Counted from the first letter of the stretch, positions 39,764 through 50,544 are shown. The stretch is DNA of 64,000 bases from a virus (IMGVR_UViG_2756170199_000003:32001-96000), one strand, 5' to 3'. Numbers and translations are program-made. Notes: generated by a model from the letters alone, not told the origin.

Positions 39764-40264
39764 ATGTCCCTACCCGACAGAAAAGAGGTGGATCAGCTCT
39801 TCCTCGCGCATAGCACCTTCATTGTCCCGCCGGACGTCAGCGGTTCATACGCAGTCATGTCTGCCGAGCAGTTTCACGCAGCGCTCGCGCAGCTCGACTC
39901 GTCACTACGAGCGCATCGGTCCGTGACGACGGAACCCGCCGGTGTCATGAAACTACCGGACGGCAGCGCCTGCGCAATCGTGAGCCTTCCGCTACCGAAG
40001 GACCACTGGCTGTATGCGCCTCGCACCTACGCCACGAACCGCACTGATTACGAGCCCGATGAGTTGCCCGAGCCCGTGCTCGAACCGCAATACCGCGACG
40101 CGGTTGTGACCGCTGCGCGATATGCCGTGCGCGCCGCAACGATGTGTGGACAGGAGCCCGATTTTGATCCCGACGCGCTCGTGCGCAATGTGGCCTATGC
40201 CCTTTGTGGGCCCTACGCGCCGGTCTCGCCTGCCAACGATGACCGATCGCCCTCATCCAGCTGA
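39764..40264 (+). CDS. Hypothetical (prophage-type) protein
   Basis: AGGA RBS; SLPLPKDHWLY and YAVRAATMCG.E.DFDPDALV motifs. Confidence 0.65.
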   Translation: MSLPDRKEVDQLFLAHSTFIVPPDVSGSYAVMSAEQFHAALAQLDSSLRAHRSVTTEPAGVMKLPDGSACAIVSLPLPKDHWLYAPRTYATNRTDYEPDELPEPVLEPQYRDAVVTAARYAVRAATMCGQEPDFDPDALVRNVAYALCGPYAPVSPANDDRSPSSS

Positions 40265-40318
40265 TCACCACGCACCTCAAAGCACGGTGGCCAGCTATCC
40301 GATCCTTCACAAGGACCT

Positions 40319-40774
40319 ATGCCAACTCACCTCGTCATAATGGCGTGCTCCGCGACCAAGGCGGCAGAAGCTGCGCCCGCAATCGAGCTCTATCGGGGCG
40401 TGATGTATTCGACATTGCGAGCAAACATGCCCGCCCAGCCGCCGGCGATTGTCATCCTGTCGGCGAGATACGGCTTTCTGCTTCCGGCCCAGATCGTCGC
40501 TCCCTACGAACAACTGATGACCAATATGCGCGCCGGCGAAATGCTCGCGAACCTCCCAGCATTCGACACGATCGACTGGCCGTCAGGCCTGCGCTCCATC
40601 TTCCTTGCCGGAGGGAAGGCCTATCGGCGTGTCATGCACGCGGCGGTTGAACGTCGTATTGGCCTCGGCATGATCGCGGTGACCACGACGATCGCAGCAA
40701 CGGCAGGCGGGATTGGCCATCAGCGTGCGCAGCTCGGCGCATACCTGAGGTCCATCGCCACCGGCGAGACGTGA
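40319..40774 (+). CDS. DUF6884-like protein
   Basis: LVIMACSATK...PAIELYRG...ILSARYG...I.PYEQ...GIG.Q...L. Confidence 0.75.
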   Translation: MPTHLVIMACSATKAAEAAPAIELYRGVMYSTLRANMPAQPPAIVILSARYGFLLPAQIVAPYEQLMTNMRAGEMLANLPAFDTIDWPSGLRSIFLAGGKAYRRVMHAAVERRIGLGMIAVTTTIAATAGGIGHQRAQLGAYLRSIATGET

Positions 40775-40838
40775 CATTCCGCGCCCGCCGCGCGCAAGTA
40801 CGCAACACCATTCAACAAACCTCATTGAAAGACAACGC

Positions 40839-41111
40839 ATGAAAACCATCACGATGCCGGTCATCGCGACCTGCCACATCTCCAAAGAAACCGACCAGAT
40901 TCTGCAGGACAACGGCGACAGAAATCCGTGGACTATTGCCGCGCCGTATGACGAAGGCGTCTTCATTTACATCCAGTCCGAAGACATGGAGGGCCAGCCC
41001 GCGGAGCTCGGCGATATCTTCGCGTGGGCCCGGAGGCACGGGCATGAATGGGTTTGCATTGACGCGGCTGGAGACGTCGTTGATGAGCTTCCATCATACG
41101 ACTGGGACTGA
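40839..41111 (+). CDS. Small hypothetical protein (DUF5983-like)
   Basis: TCHIS...P.EL...WARRHG.EWV..D..GD....LP.YDW. Confidence 0.6.
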   Translation: MKTITMPVIATCHISKETDQILQDNGDRNPWTIAAPYDEGVFIYIQSEDMEGQPAELGDIFAWARRHGHEWVCIDAAGDVVDELPSYDWD

Positions 41112-41112
41112 C

Positions 41113-41165
41113 GGGATAGACGCCCTCCCCGATGGGAGGGCGTCTATCCCCTTTCTTTTTTCTTT
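41113..41165 (+). terminator. Rho-independent terminator
   Basis: 17-bp perfect stem GGGATAGACGCCCTCCC / GGGAGGGCGTCTATCCC, 4-nt loop and a T-rich tail. Confidence 0.85.
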
Positions 41166-41343
41166 GACCCGGAACAGTACAATCAGGACGTCACCGCACT
41201 GTTCGCCGCCACGGCTGATCCGATCGACCGCCTGCTCATTACTGTTATCCTGATGGCTTTCTGGCCAGTCGGAAAGATACTCAGCCTTGGCTCACGCGAA
41301 ACTGTCATTGACAGCCCAACGCACAGGCGCCGGCAACCCACAC

Positions 41344-41772
41344 ATGACTGCGACCGACCGCTTCTCGCTTGAAACCCATTCCGGCCCGTACGAATCCTGG
41401 CCACTACGAACCCGTCTCCTCATGGATGGTGCGCCAACTCAGCTGACGCTCTCCGGTTTCGTCCTGCTCCACCAGTTCGAAATTCTCGCGGGCTACCTTC
41501 TGGTTACTGACTACGATTGCCCGTTTGAAGAAGCCGTGACCTTTACGCTACTGTCGAAAGACCTGCAGCACATCTTAGGCGAACGCACACTGGGAGCGAT
41601 GTATAGTTCCTTTTTACTCGACGGCATCACGTGGAGCGATGAGCGAAACTTCAGCGCGACATTTGCCGGTATCCACGGAAGATGGGATTTCAGCATTCGG
41701 GACTGGTCCATCCCGGTTATCTTTCCGCGCCTGAAAGTGAGCCACGTCGCAACAGAGGAAGCGCGCGCTTAG
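41344..41772 (+). CDS. Hypothetical bacterial-type protein
   Basis: Start MTATDRF; YLLVTDYDCPFEE motif. Confidence 0.6.
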   Translation: MTATDRFSLETHSGPYESWPLRTRLLMDGAPTQLTLSGFVLLHQFEILAGYLLVTDYDCPFEEAVTFTLLSKDLQHILGERTLGAMYSSFLLDGITWSDERNFSATFAGIHGRWDFSIRDWSIPVIFPRLKVSHVATEEARA

Positions 41773-41824
41773 GGCCGAGTTCGAGACCGGGACAATGCGG
41801 CCTGACAATGCATTGACGGCATAA

Positions 41825-41847
41825 TGGCCTCCCCTGGCGGGAGGCCA
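41825..41847. terminator. Hairpin between convergent genes
   Basis: TGGCCTCCC / GGGAGGCCA, 9-bp stem. Confidence 0.5.
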
Positions 41848-41882
41848 CTCATATCCCTCCTTTTTTACCATCAGCACTACGT

Positions 41883-42857
41883 TCACGACGTGACCGCACT
41901 GCTCGGCGGCGTATTCACGGCAGCCAGCGCGGCGGCCGCAAGCGCTGCCGTCACGTCCTGACCTGTCGGCAATACCGAGGTCGGGCTCACCTGGTTCGCG
42001 GCGATCTGCGCGATCTCGTTCTGGTACCCGGTCGTGGTCGCCGCCACGTCTGCATTGATCGCGTTGATAAACGCGTTTTCCGTGTACGGATTGGCGTTCA
42101 CGATGCTGATCGCCGAAAGCACCTGCTGCGCGAACGCATCCACGCCCAGACTCCACTGCGCGATACCTGAGTAGGTGATGTCGACGGTCAGGTTTTCGAG
42201 CGCACTGGCCTGATCGCGCGAGCCCAGGATATCACCCGTACCGGTCGGGTACATGTTGGTCACCAGCCACGACTTCACGACTCTCGTGTGCGTCGGATCC
42301 GGCTCGATAAATAGCATTGTCGCCGAGTACATGTCCGCCAGCATGTCCGGCGGTGGACTCATTCCGGTGATGGCCGAGAGCGTCGCGACATTCGCGAACT
42401 TCGTGTCCGGGTCCATCATCAGGTTGGTGATCCACCCCTGATGGAACATCGACACAGGCATGCCATACTTCTCGTTCCACGAGAACTGCGGCTGCGAACG
42501 CTCTCGCTTCACATCGGTGAAATCCTGCTGCATGTTCCCGCCGCCACCAACCGGGGTCTCCGCCATTTCCACGGTAAGATGGGCGTTCAGCCCCGTGATG
42601 CGCAGCGCGTGCAGTTCCACCAGTGCGCGCAGCGTTCCGATCCACACATCGGGATTGGGCAGATAGCTGAAGCCCAGTGGCGCTTCCACGAGAATGCAGA
42701 TCAGGTTGCGCCGCACGTACTGCTGGTTGCTGACCCACTGCACGTAGTTCGGCACGAACCCCATCTGGCCACCATAGCGGGGGTCGAGCATCGGGTTGTT
42801 ATGCCCTTGGGCGAATCCGAACTGGTTCTGGAGTATGGCGTTTGCAACGCGGCCCAT
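41883..42857 (-). CDS. Tail tube protein (phiKZ gp30-like)
   Basis: GGQMG..P....WVSNQQYVRRN, EKYGMP, MDPDTK, LFIEPDP, WLVTNMYP; directly downstream of the sheath gene. Confidence 0.8.
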   Translation of the reverse strand: MGRVANAILQNQFGFAQGHNNPMLDPRYGGQMGFVPNYVQWVSNQQYVRRNLICILVEAPLGFSYLPNPDVWIGTLRALVELHALRITGLNAHLTVEMAETPVGGGGNMQQDFTDVKRERSQPQFSWNEKYGMPVSMFHQGWITNLMMDPDTKFANVATLSAITGMSPPPDMLADMYSATMLFIEPDPTHTRVVKSWLVTNMYPTGTGDILGSRDQASALENLTVDITYSGIAQWSLGVDAFAQQVLSAISIVNANPYTENAFINAINADVAATTTGYQNEIAQIAANQVSPTSVLPTGQDVTAALAAAALAAVNTPPSSAVTS

Positions 42858-42929
42858 GACCGTATCTCCATTTACTTTGCATTGCTAATCGTCAAGGTGA
42901 CTCACTGGAAATCGGGAGACACGCCGTAT

Positions 42930-45035
42930 TCAGGTTGTCGCGCTCGACGTCTGGTCCAGCCGGACGGACTGGATCACGATGGTGGCAACCGTCTTCATGC
43001 CGGCCGCGGCGATCTGCAGGATCGTGGTCCAGCTGTAGCCACGCTGCGCATCGGCACCCGTGATCGTGGTGGTGGGCGTGATCGTGAAGCGGTTATCGAA
43101 GATGTTCGCCACGCGCGTCGTGATGAAGTTGTTCACGTTCTTGATGAGTTGCGCGTTGGTCATTGAAGACACGCCACAGAACTGCCGGCGCGCCAGGTCG
43201 CCGATCTTCTCGAGCGTGCAGATCGCACTCACCGTAAAGAAACTGTTGAGCACCGACGTGTCGTTGTCGTAGATGGTTTTCAGCGCCGGGAAGTACGCCT
43301 GCCGGCGCGCGCACGCCTCCACCCCCACCATGCCGTTGGCCCAGTCCTGGTTGCGTGCGGTTGCGCTCCAGAAGGTCACGTTGATGTTCGAGAACAGGTT
43401 GATCTGCGAGCCCGGCTGCATGTCGAAGGCGTAGCCTGATTTCCACTTGCCATTGCTTGCACCCATGTAGGCGGCCGCCTTCGACGCCAGCTCGATCGTC
43501 AGTGGCAGCGGGCCGGTGTAGAGCGAGCCCGTCAACGTGCCAGAGCCCGGCACCACCATGCCGCGTGCGCAGGGCGTGCCGAAGTAGTCCGACTCCGGGT
43601 ACTGCTGCAGGAACGCCTTGAGTGCCACCGCCATTGACGATTCCTCAGAGGCCGTCAGAGGTGGCGAGAGTGTCGAGAAGGTCGACAGCGTGATGAAGGT
43701 GTCGGGACGTTGCGAAATGAACTGCGCGAGCGCCTTCTTGGTGTCGATGGGGAAGCCCGAATCCCAGAAATGGGAATACGGGTACATCACGAGTTCCTGG
43801 ATCGGATCGGCCGCATCGGCAAAGCGCGCCGCATCCTCCGCCACCAGCGCCGCGAAGCTCGCGTCATCCATCGAGCCATCGCTGCCGCCACTTGCCCACA
43901 GCGTGCTTGCCTGCCCCAGGTAGGCCGCGTCCGGATCCGTCGTATTGAACTGGAAGGTCGAGTATGGCGCGCCTCTGGAGGACACACCGCTCACGAAGTT
44001 GAATAGCCACTGCTCTCCATCCTCGCCGGTGAAATCGGAGAATGGATTGATTGCCGCGTCCTCGGCGGCGTAGAACATGCCAATGAGCGTGGCCAGATTG
44101 TCATCGTAGACGTGCAGGCTGCCAAAGGGGCCGTAGACGTCGGCTGTGCCCGCCGGGTTGTTCAGATCCTGCCACGCATTCAGGAAGATGTCCTGAATCG
44201 ATATCTGCGCGTCGAGCGCCGTGTCGATCGTAGCCGGCTTGAACGTGACATCGAGATACGTCGAGCCGTTGGTCATGCGCGTCACGGTGCCCGTGCTCGA
44301 GGCCGAGGCGCGCGTGACACACGACACCCGGAACGGATAGACCAGGTCGTCCTCGATGAAGTTTGCGTTCGCTGGCGTCGATGAGTTCGCCGTGGGCGCC
44401 CACAGACGCAGTCCGTTGTTATTGCCGTACGCACCAAAACTCGGCACCAGCAGATCGAGCACCGGATAGCGCTGCGAGGTATCCGATCCGGAGGACTGGT
44501 CGCCCGCCAGAATCTGCACCTCACCGTAGTCACTCGTCCCATCGGGGTTGTAGGTCACAGTCGACACCACCCACTTGACGATGTAGCCCGGCAGCGTCGA
44601 GTTTGCGCCCGTCACCGGTACGGGTGCGCCACTCTCGTCGGTTGTGAATGAGCCGTCCGTATTGCGCTCGTACTGCGTGATCGGCGCAGGCATCACGTCG
44701 AGACAAAGGCGCAGTGATGCAGGCGGATTCGCGTCTGCCGGCTGCAGCCGCTTCACCATGATCGCGTTGCCCTGCGCGTTCACCGTATTGGCAAGCACAG
44801 TCGCGTGATTGGCCCAGGCCTTGCGCAGATCGAACGAATCGGCGCCATACATGTTGGTCAGATCGACGCCCGAAACGACCTCTTCCGTGACGGGGCCCAT
44901 CTGGGCGTAGAGATAGATGTAGGGAAGGTGCTGGGGAATCTGCTCCGGGACGGGCGTCACCTGCTGCGTACTGAGGTCATCAGTGCGCTGGAAGATGGTC
45001 ATCGGAGCGCCATTGACAATCATGGCCGTTGTCAT
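42930..45035 (-). CDS. Contractile tail sheath protein (phiKZ gp29-like)
   Basis: IVNGAP...D.S...PQHLP, WDSGF...TK, PESDYFGTPCARG, FPALKTIYDNDTSVLNS, RGYSW. Start set at MTTAMIV. Confidence 0.85.
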   Translation of the reverse strand: MTTAMIVNGAPMTIFQRTDDLSTQQVTPVPEQIPQHLPYIYLYAQMGPVTEEVVSGVDLTNMYGADSFDLRKAWANHATVLANTVNAQGNAIMVKRLQPADANPPASLRLCLDVMPAPITQYERNTDGSFTTDESGAPVPVTGANSTLPGYIVKWVVSTVTYNPDGTSDYGEVQILAGDQSSGSDTSQRYPVLDLLVPSFGAYGNNNGLRLWAPTANSSTPANANFIEDDLVYPFRVSCVTRASASSTGTVTRMTNGSTYLDVTFKPATIDTALDAQISIQDIFLNAWQDLNNPAGTADVYGPFGSLHVYDDNLATLIGMFYAAEDAAINPFSDFTGEDGEQWLFNFVSGVSSRGAPYSTFQFNTTDPDAAYLGQASTLWASGGSDGSMDDASFAALVAEDAARFADAADPIQELVMYPYSHFWDSGFPIDTKKALAQFISQRPDTFITLSTFSTLSPPLTASEESSMAVALKAFLQQYPESDYFGTPCARGMVVPGSGTLTGSLYTGPLPLTIELASKAAAYMGASNGKWKSGYAFDMQPGSQINLFSNINVTFWSATARNQDWANGMVGVEACARRQAYFPALKTIYDNDTSVLNSFFTVSAICTLEKIGDLARRQFCGVSSMTNAQLIKNVNNFITTRVANIFDNRFTITPTTTITGADAQRGYSWTTILQIAAAGMKTVATIVIQSVRLDQTSSATT

Positions 45036-45098
45036 GGTTGCGATCCTGAAAGGAAATGCTATGGCCTGGGGGTAATCTGGAATGGCGATGCGGCGCAT

Positions 45099-45108
45099 CA
45101 TATAAATT
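45099..45108 (-). promoter_or_regulatory. Candidate late promoter AATTTATATG
   Basis: TATG core about 64 nt upstream of the sheath start. Confidence 0.45.
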
Positions 45109-45177
45109 CGTCCGCTTCGCAATCCTCAATAACCTTCGACCACGTCATCACGAACTTTCAGGACGAGGCGGCGGAGA

Positions 45178-46122
45178 ATGAAACGCTATGCGACGGCGTA
45201 CGAGACCACGCAATGCAGTGGCTATGTGCTGGACAAACTTGAAACATCGCTGAAAGCGGCATACCTTGCGGGAGCGCTTATGCCTGCCAGTGAGGCGGCG
45301 ACGGTACTCGAGGTACAAGGCGGTCAGCCACTTGCAGATGCGATACCCGAATTTGCCCACCCGTTTCTCGTCGCGCACGCGCACGGCGGCACTCACGACG
45401 AAGGTGGGACCATCGTGTTCGACGCTCGCCCATTCGGCGCCTTTGACCGCCTGCGCGGGCAATTCGTCGTCCGCAACGAGATCGAATATGGCCTGCAGTT
45501 GCGACGCGCCCAGCTCAATGACATCTGGGTCAATGACGATCCGGCGTTGCTGCGGGATGCGTCACCGGTGGCAATGAGTTTCTTCGCGAGCTGGATCAGC
45601 GAGAACGTAGCCCGCCGCTTCGCGCTTGACCCGCGCGAGCAGCTGAATCTGGCGATCCTCAGCGCCATTCACTATCTCTCGCTGTTTGCCGATGAGGACA
45701 GCCTCGATACCCACGCGCGCCTGAAAATCGCAATGCAGGTCTCCCGCGGCCTACGCTGTCCGGCCGAGGATGTAATGACGCTGCTCGAGAAACAGCAGCA
45801 TGCGGGCGCCGGCATTGTCGGTCTATGCGCGGATGCGGCTGACGCGACAGGCAGCGTGAGATTGCGCGAGCTCAGCCCCGGCATTCTCATCAGCATCATC
45901 AAGGGAACGTGGTGGGGCATCAATGCAGCCGAAATGCTCGCTGTCGCGCTTGAACATCCACCGACATGGCTCGCGCTGCTGGCCGCCGCGCACGTCGAGC
46001 GCACCTACCGCAACTCCGGCCTCGCGCGCATGGTAGAGCGCCAGGCGCATAAGGAACCGAACCAGCTCTTCCTGCGCGCGGTACTCAATCTCGCTCACCT
46101 GTCGGATCGTCGCGCTCATTGA
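45178..46122 (+). CDS. Virion structural protein (phiKZ gp28 position)
   Basis: TAYETT, IPEFAHP, VALEHPPTW motifs; divergent from the sheath gene. Confidence 0.7.
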   Translation: MKRYATAYETTQCSGYVLDKLETSLKAAYLAGALMPASEAATVLEVQGGQPLADAIPEFAHPFLVAHAHGGTHDEGGTIVFDARPFGAFDRLRGQFVVRNEIEYGLQLRRAQLNDIWVNDDPALLRDASPVAMSFFASWISENVARRFALDPREQLNLAILSAIHYLSLFADEDSLDTHARLKIAMQVSRGLRCPAEDVMTLLEKQQHAGAGIVGLCADAADATGSVRLRELSPGILISIIKGTWWGINAAEMLAVALEHPPTWLALLAAAHVERTYRNSGLARMVERQAHKEPNQLFLRAVLNLAHLSDRRAH

Positions 46123-46177
46123 CCCGCCTGCGCCCGCCTCCCCCTTCACTTCTCCGTCTTTCCACCCGGGTTTGGCC

Positions 46178-48820
46178 ATGTACGACTATCTCGTCGATAA
46201 CGCGCTGCGCAACGTCTGGTGTGCGCCCACGCAGGACCGCCAGGCAATCCTGCAGCCCGCGCGCCTCACCCCGGATGGCGGAGTGACCAATAGCGTGCAG
46301 ATCGACTGGTCTGAATACCAGCTGCCGGCAAGCAACGCACCATTCCACGTCTACCAGATCGGACAGATCAGTCCGTGGCTGCTCGGCCTGCTGGCGTGGG
46401 CCATCACCTGGACACCGTTCTCACTGGCGATGAACCGGTTGAACCTGATCGTCGACCTGTATGTGAACTCCGGCATCCAGCTACCGCGCTTCCAGTCGTA
46501 TTTCATGATCACACGCGACCGCAACATCGTGATCGCGGTGCGGTTCCAGCCCACTATCAGCATCAATCTCGATCGCGAGCCACTGTGTCTGCGGCTCTAC
46601 AGCAACGCCTTCTTCCAGAGCCCACGTGCCACCTCCGGCGACACAAAATACGTGATCCAGACGGGCGGGCTGGTACCAAAGCTCAAGAGCGACATCCTGC
46701 CCGTCCAGAACACCGTCACGGCACTTCAGGCACTTCCGGGCGTCGTGTACTGCTTCGTCAACGGCTTCAAGGTCGACGCCATCAATGTCGTCACAGCGCA
46801 GCCCGGCGATGTGGTCGAGTACGTCTATGACAGTTCCATCTACCGGATCGCCGACTTCACGCTGTCCGGCCTGCCGGTATTCAACAGCACGCTCGACAGC
46901 AAGTACAAGTACCTGCTTCATTACGATGGACGCGCCCGACATACCATCGACTTCGAGGACGACATCGATGTGTGGGTAATCTATACGCTACCCACGAGTC
47001 TCACACAGGGCGTCTTCTACCACCACAACGAAGCGGATGCGATCCGCAACGTTACGCACCGCGACTACGCGTTGCCTACGGCCTACGTGGCGGGCTACCT
47101 CGCGGCGCGCGGAAACTGGGAGTCAGAAGCAAACGTCACGATCCGGCTGCACATCCGTCGGGCCGGACTCGAGCGCCCGCTCGTCTACGAGGCCAACCGC
47201 ATTTTCGAGCTTTACAAGCTCAGCGATGCCCAGATCGTGAGCGCATTGGCGGGCGTGAACGCCACGCTTGAAAACTGGCAGGCGGCCACGCTGGAAGCGT
47301 CGCCCTACACCCGGATCATGGGCGCATACGGTGGTGTCGCGGCGAGTTCAGGTGGTGCCAATACCTTCGACCGCCAGACGGTCGAGGATGCGTACGGCTA
47401 TAACGCCACGGGCCGGCTCGTGGGCATGAGCCCGCTGATCCCCGTGCTGGAATCAGGCCAGTTGCTCGTTAGCCTCCCCTACAACCTCCAGAGCAACGTC
47501 ACGGCGTGGGAATACGACAGCAACGGCACGCTGCTTGGCTACTACGGCCACGCGAGCGGTGGCGTGTATGTCTGCGAGAACAGCAACTGTGTGCTCGTCG
47601 AGGTGATCTATGGCGGCGCCGCCCAGATGCCCGACGATACCTACGGGCAGGCCACCCAGTTGATCGATACGCGTCTGGACTACCGCATGTACACGTGCGA
47701 TATCGCGTCTCTCACCGGCAAGCCGCTCTTCAACTGGCGCGACGTCACCGGCAGCAGCCAGTATGCGATCCAGGACGGCATCCTCACGTGGCTGATCGAC
47801 ACCACCAAAGCCTATACATGTGTGCGAAGCAACCGCACGATGCTCGCCTACACGCTGTACATCCAGCCAAAGGAAGGCATCCTGCCGATTGAGATCCAGC
47901 AGCAGGGCATCCTCAACTACGTGCTGCAGCTCTTCGCGATGCAGATCCCGATGGGCCAGCTCGACGTGTTCGTGAACGGCCGCTCCATGATCCAGGGCCT
48001 GGACTATGTGATGCAGTTTCCCACGATCATGATCAACAACGTCTCGGCGCTGTCGTTTCCGCAGGACAGGCAGCAGCAGATCACGATCCGCTGGACCGGA
48101 TTCTGCAGGAACGATCTGTCGATCCCGTCCCATCGCGATACGGGCTGGGTGCAGTACGGGCTGCTCTCGAACAACAACCGCTACAACATCCGCGACGACG
48201 ACGTTACCCGCATCGCGGTGGGCGGTGGCGTGTTCCCGAAGTCCGCACTAAAATTCGCCGAAGACGACGCCAACATCCTCTCGCCGCTGCCCGTCAACGG
48301 GCTGCCGTATCAGGTGCAGAAGGTGGTGGTGCCGATGCTGGGGGTCACCAACGAGGATACCCAGACCTACTTCGACAAGGCTCTCGCGATCGACCGGGCC
48401 GTCGAAGACTACATGACGCTCTACTATCCGCTGCCGGCTCCCGGTGCAGCAAGCGGCCCGGACGTCATCAACGCGCTCTACCCGCTTTTCAGCCCCTTCT
48501 GCTGCAAGATCATCTACGACCTCGTGCTCGGCATCATCGACGAGACACCCCTGCAATCGTTCTACAACGACGACTTCGTGCGTGGAGTCTGCCAACCCTA
48601 TGAGTATCTGCTGGCGTTCGACCCGACCCAGCCAGCCACCGCGCAGGATCCGCGGTTCGTGAGGATCCAGCCGCACAACCTGACCGTGACCATTGCGCTC
48701 GACATCTATGCGTACAACTTCGTGAACAACGTGATCCGCATCTATCTGAACAACCTGGTGCTGCTCAACAACTACGTATCGATTGCCGATCTGGCGGGTA
48801 GCAGCGCGATCGGCAGTTGA
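46178..48820 (+). CDS. Large virion structural (baseplate-region) protein (phiKZ gp27-like)
   Basis: LVDNALRNVWCAPTQDRQ, KYLLH, THRDY, YGYNA, DVFVNGRS.I.GLDY motifs. Confidence 0.75.
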   Translation: MYDYLVDNALRNVWCAPTQDRQAILQPARLTPDGGVTNSVQIDWSEYQLPASNAPFHVYQIGQISPWLLGLLAWAITWTPFSLAMNRLNLIVDLYVNSGIQLPRFQSYFMITRDRNIVIAVRFQPTISINLDREPLCLRLYSNAFFQSPRATSGDTKYVIQTGGLVPKLKSDILPVQNTVTALQALPGVVYCFVNGFKVDAINVVTAQPGDVVEYVYDSSIYRIADFTLSGLPVFNSTLDSKYKYLLHYDGRARHTIDFEDDIDVWVIYTLPTSLTQGVFYHHNEADAIRNVTHRDYALPTAYVAGYLAARGNWESEANVTIRLHIRRAGLERPLVYEANRIFELYKLSDAQIVSALAGVNATLENWQAATLEASPYTRIMGAYGGVAASSGGANTFDRQTVEDAYGYNATGRLVGMSPLIPVLESGQLLVSLPYNLQSNVTAWEYDSNGTLLGYYGHASGGVYVCENSNCVLVEVIYGGAAQMPDDTYGQATQLIDTRLDYRMYTCDIASLTGKPLFNWRDVTGSSQYAIQDGILTWLIDTTKAYTCVRSNRTMLAYTLYIQPKEGILPIEIQQQGILNYVLQLFAMQIPMGQLDVFVNGRSMIQGLDYVMQFPTIMINNVSALSFPQDRQQQITIRWTGFCRNDLSIPSHRDTGWVQYGLLSNNNRYNIRDDDVTRIAVGGGVFPKSALKFAEDDANILSPLPVNGLPYQVQKVVVPMLGVTNEDTQTYFDKALAIDRAVEDYMTLYYPLPAPGAASGPDVINALYPLFSPFCCKIIYDLVLGIIDETPLQSFYNDDFVRGVCQPYEYLLAFDPTQPATAQDPRFVRIQPHNLTVTIALDIYAYNFVNNVIRIYLNNLVLLNNYVSIADLAGSSAIGS

Positions 48821-48837
48821 TCGATGCCGGAGGTCGC

Positions 48838-50544
48838 ATGTCCGACTTCGGAAGTTCAGTCGAGCTGCCGGTCGGCACCGACGGCGGCGTACCCATCAAG
48901 AGCCCCGACAACAGCCTGTGGGAGATCTGGGCCTACCAGAATCTCTGGCTCGGCGCCGCGGGCACGAACAAGTACATACCGAAGATCAACGACTACGTCT
49001 GCGACTACACGATCAACCAGTGGTGGAGAGTCGCGCTGGTCGATCCCGTCACCTACGTGCCGACGCTCGTGCCGCTCACCACCACACCCAATGCGGCGAT
49101 GACCGAGGGGGACCTGCTTCAGGGCGTGGGGCTTGGCACGCTTGCCGACACGTTTCGCGTCTATCTCGACACCAGCGTCATTCCGTTCATCCTCGCCGTG
49201 GACGGCAGGCTCTGGTATCCGGGGCCCGATGTCGCGTCAGTCAAGCTTTTCACGGGCGCGGATTTCACCACCAACGAGAACTGCATCAGCGGCTACTACG
49301 ACCAGTCGGGCAAACTGGTTTCCCAGGCGATTCCCCTCGCACCCGTGTCGGTCGAGTTCCCCGATGGCTCCATGGGTACGGTCTCAGGCGTGCCGGTCTG
49401 TTACACGAACGTGCGTCTGGCTGACGCCACGCCGGTCACCGCGGTCGCCTACTCCTCGACCGGTGCAGTCGTATCCATCCGGCAGCTCCTGATCCAGAAC
49501 ACCGGTTGCATCCGTCTGGCCGACTCCGGCGTGAAGTATGTCGTGGGGATCGAACTCAGGACACCGTTCCTCTCAAGCTCGGACCCGACGCTCATCCAGT
49601 TCCCGATCAATGTGATTCTCGCGAACCTGAACCTGATGGGCATTGTGCGTTACAGCGACGGTTCGAGCGCCATGCTGCCAGTGGACAACACGAAGTTCCA
49701 GATACTCGGCTTCAATGCCTTTGTCTCGACAATCGTCGGACAGTCCTTCAACGTCGTGCTCAAGTACAACCTCTCGCCCGACGAGGCGGTCTTCAACGCG
49801 AATTCGGTCGAACAGCAGGGGTTCATCACCCGGGCCTACCGGATGACGTCCATCAACTCCGCCGGTGCGTACGCTCTCAAGCTCTTCGCTTTCCCCGTCT
49901 GGCGCGACAGTGTCACGGGCTACCGGCTCGACTGGTTTCTCTACAACCTCGATCGCAGCACCTGGTGGAATGTCACGAGCCTGGTGCAGTTCTCGCCAGC
50001 TTTTCCGGCCTTCCAGCCGCTGCAGTACGGCGTGCAGCAGGACATCAACGCACAGGTGCAGCTGAGCAAGGTCGACCTGAGCTTCACGAACTATCTTTTC
50101 AGTGCCACGCTGGCGATCACGCTGCTTGGACCCGGCATGCAGGACTCGCCCTGGCAGATCCAGTTCGAGCCTGGGCAGATGCCCCCCTACGGTCCCGGCA
50201 ATGTCGCAGCTGTCAACGAGGTCCAGGCCAACCAGTACACGATCAATATCGCCAGCGGCTATAAAAAGCAGGGCGACTGGCTACAGGCGCTCTATTACAA
50301 CACCCTGCCGCTGACCGATCCGGCCACCGAGGCGAAGTTGCCGGTGCCGAGCCACTTCGCGATCCAGATGCCCGATGGCAGCGAGCCGATCGTCTGCCCG
50401 ATCTCGCAGTGGGCGGCGACGTTCAGCACGAGCGTGACGATTCCCGACGACAGCACGCTCTACGTAACGTTCTTCCTGCGCACCACGACCAACGACCTGC
50501 AGCTCTCGATCTGCGGCCTGCCGGTGCGCTATCCGGGTACGTAG
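48838..50544 (+). CDS. Virion structural protein (phiKZ gp26-like)
   Basis: GGAGG RBS; KYIPKINDYV, FRVYLDTSV.P..L.VD, Y.LKLF.FP.W motifs; assigned by synteny with terL. Confidence 0.7.
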   Translation: MSDFGSSVELPVGTDGGVPIKSPDNSLWEIWAYQNLWLGAAGTNKYIPKINDYVCDYTINQWWRVALVDPVTYVPTLVPLTTTPNAAMTEGDLLQGVGLGTLADTFRVYLDTSVIPFILAVDGRLWYPGPDVASVKLFTGADFTTNENCISGYYDQSGKLVSQAIPLAPVSVEFPDGSMGTVSGVPVCYTNVRLADATPVTAVAYSSTGAVVSIRQLLIQNTGCIRLADSGVKYVVGIELRTPFLSSSDPTLIQFPINVILANLNLMGIVRYSDGSSAMLPVDNTKFQILGFNAFVSTIVGQSFNVVLKYNLSPDEAVFNANSVEQQGFITRAYRMTSINSAGAYALKLFAFPVWRDSVTGYRLDWFLYNLDRSTWWNVTSLVQFSPAFPAFQPLQYGVQQDINAQVQLSKVDLSFTNYLFSATLAITLLGPGMQDSPWQIQFEPGQMPPYGPGNVAAVNEVQANQYTINIASGYKKQGDWLQALYYNTLPLTDPATEAKLPVPSHFAIQMPDGSEPIVCPISQWAATFSTSVTIPDDSTLYVTFFLRTTTNDLQLSICGLPVRYPGT

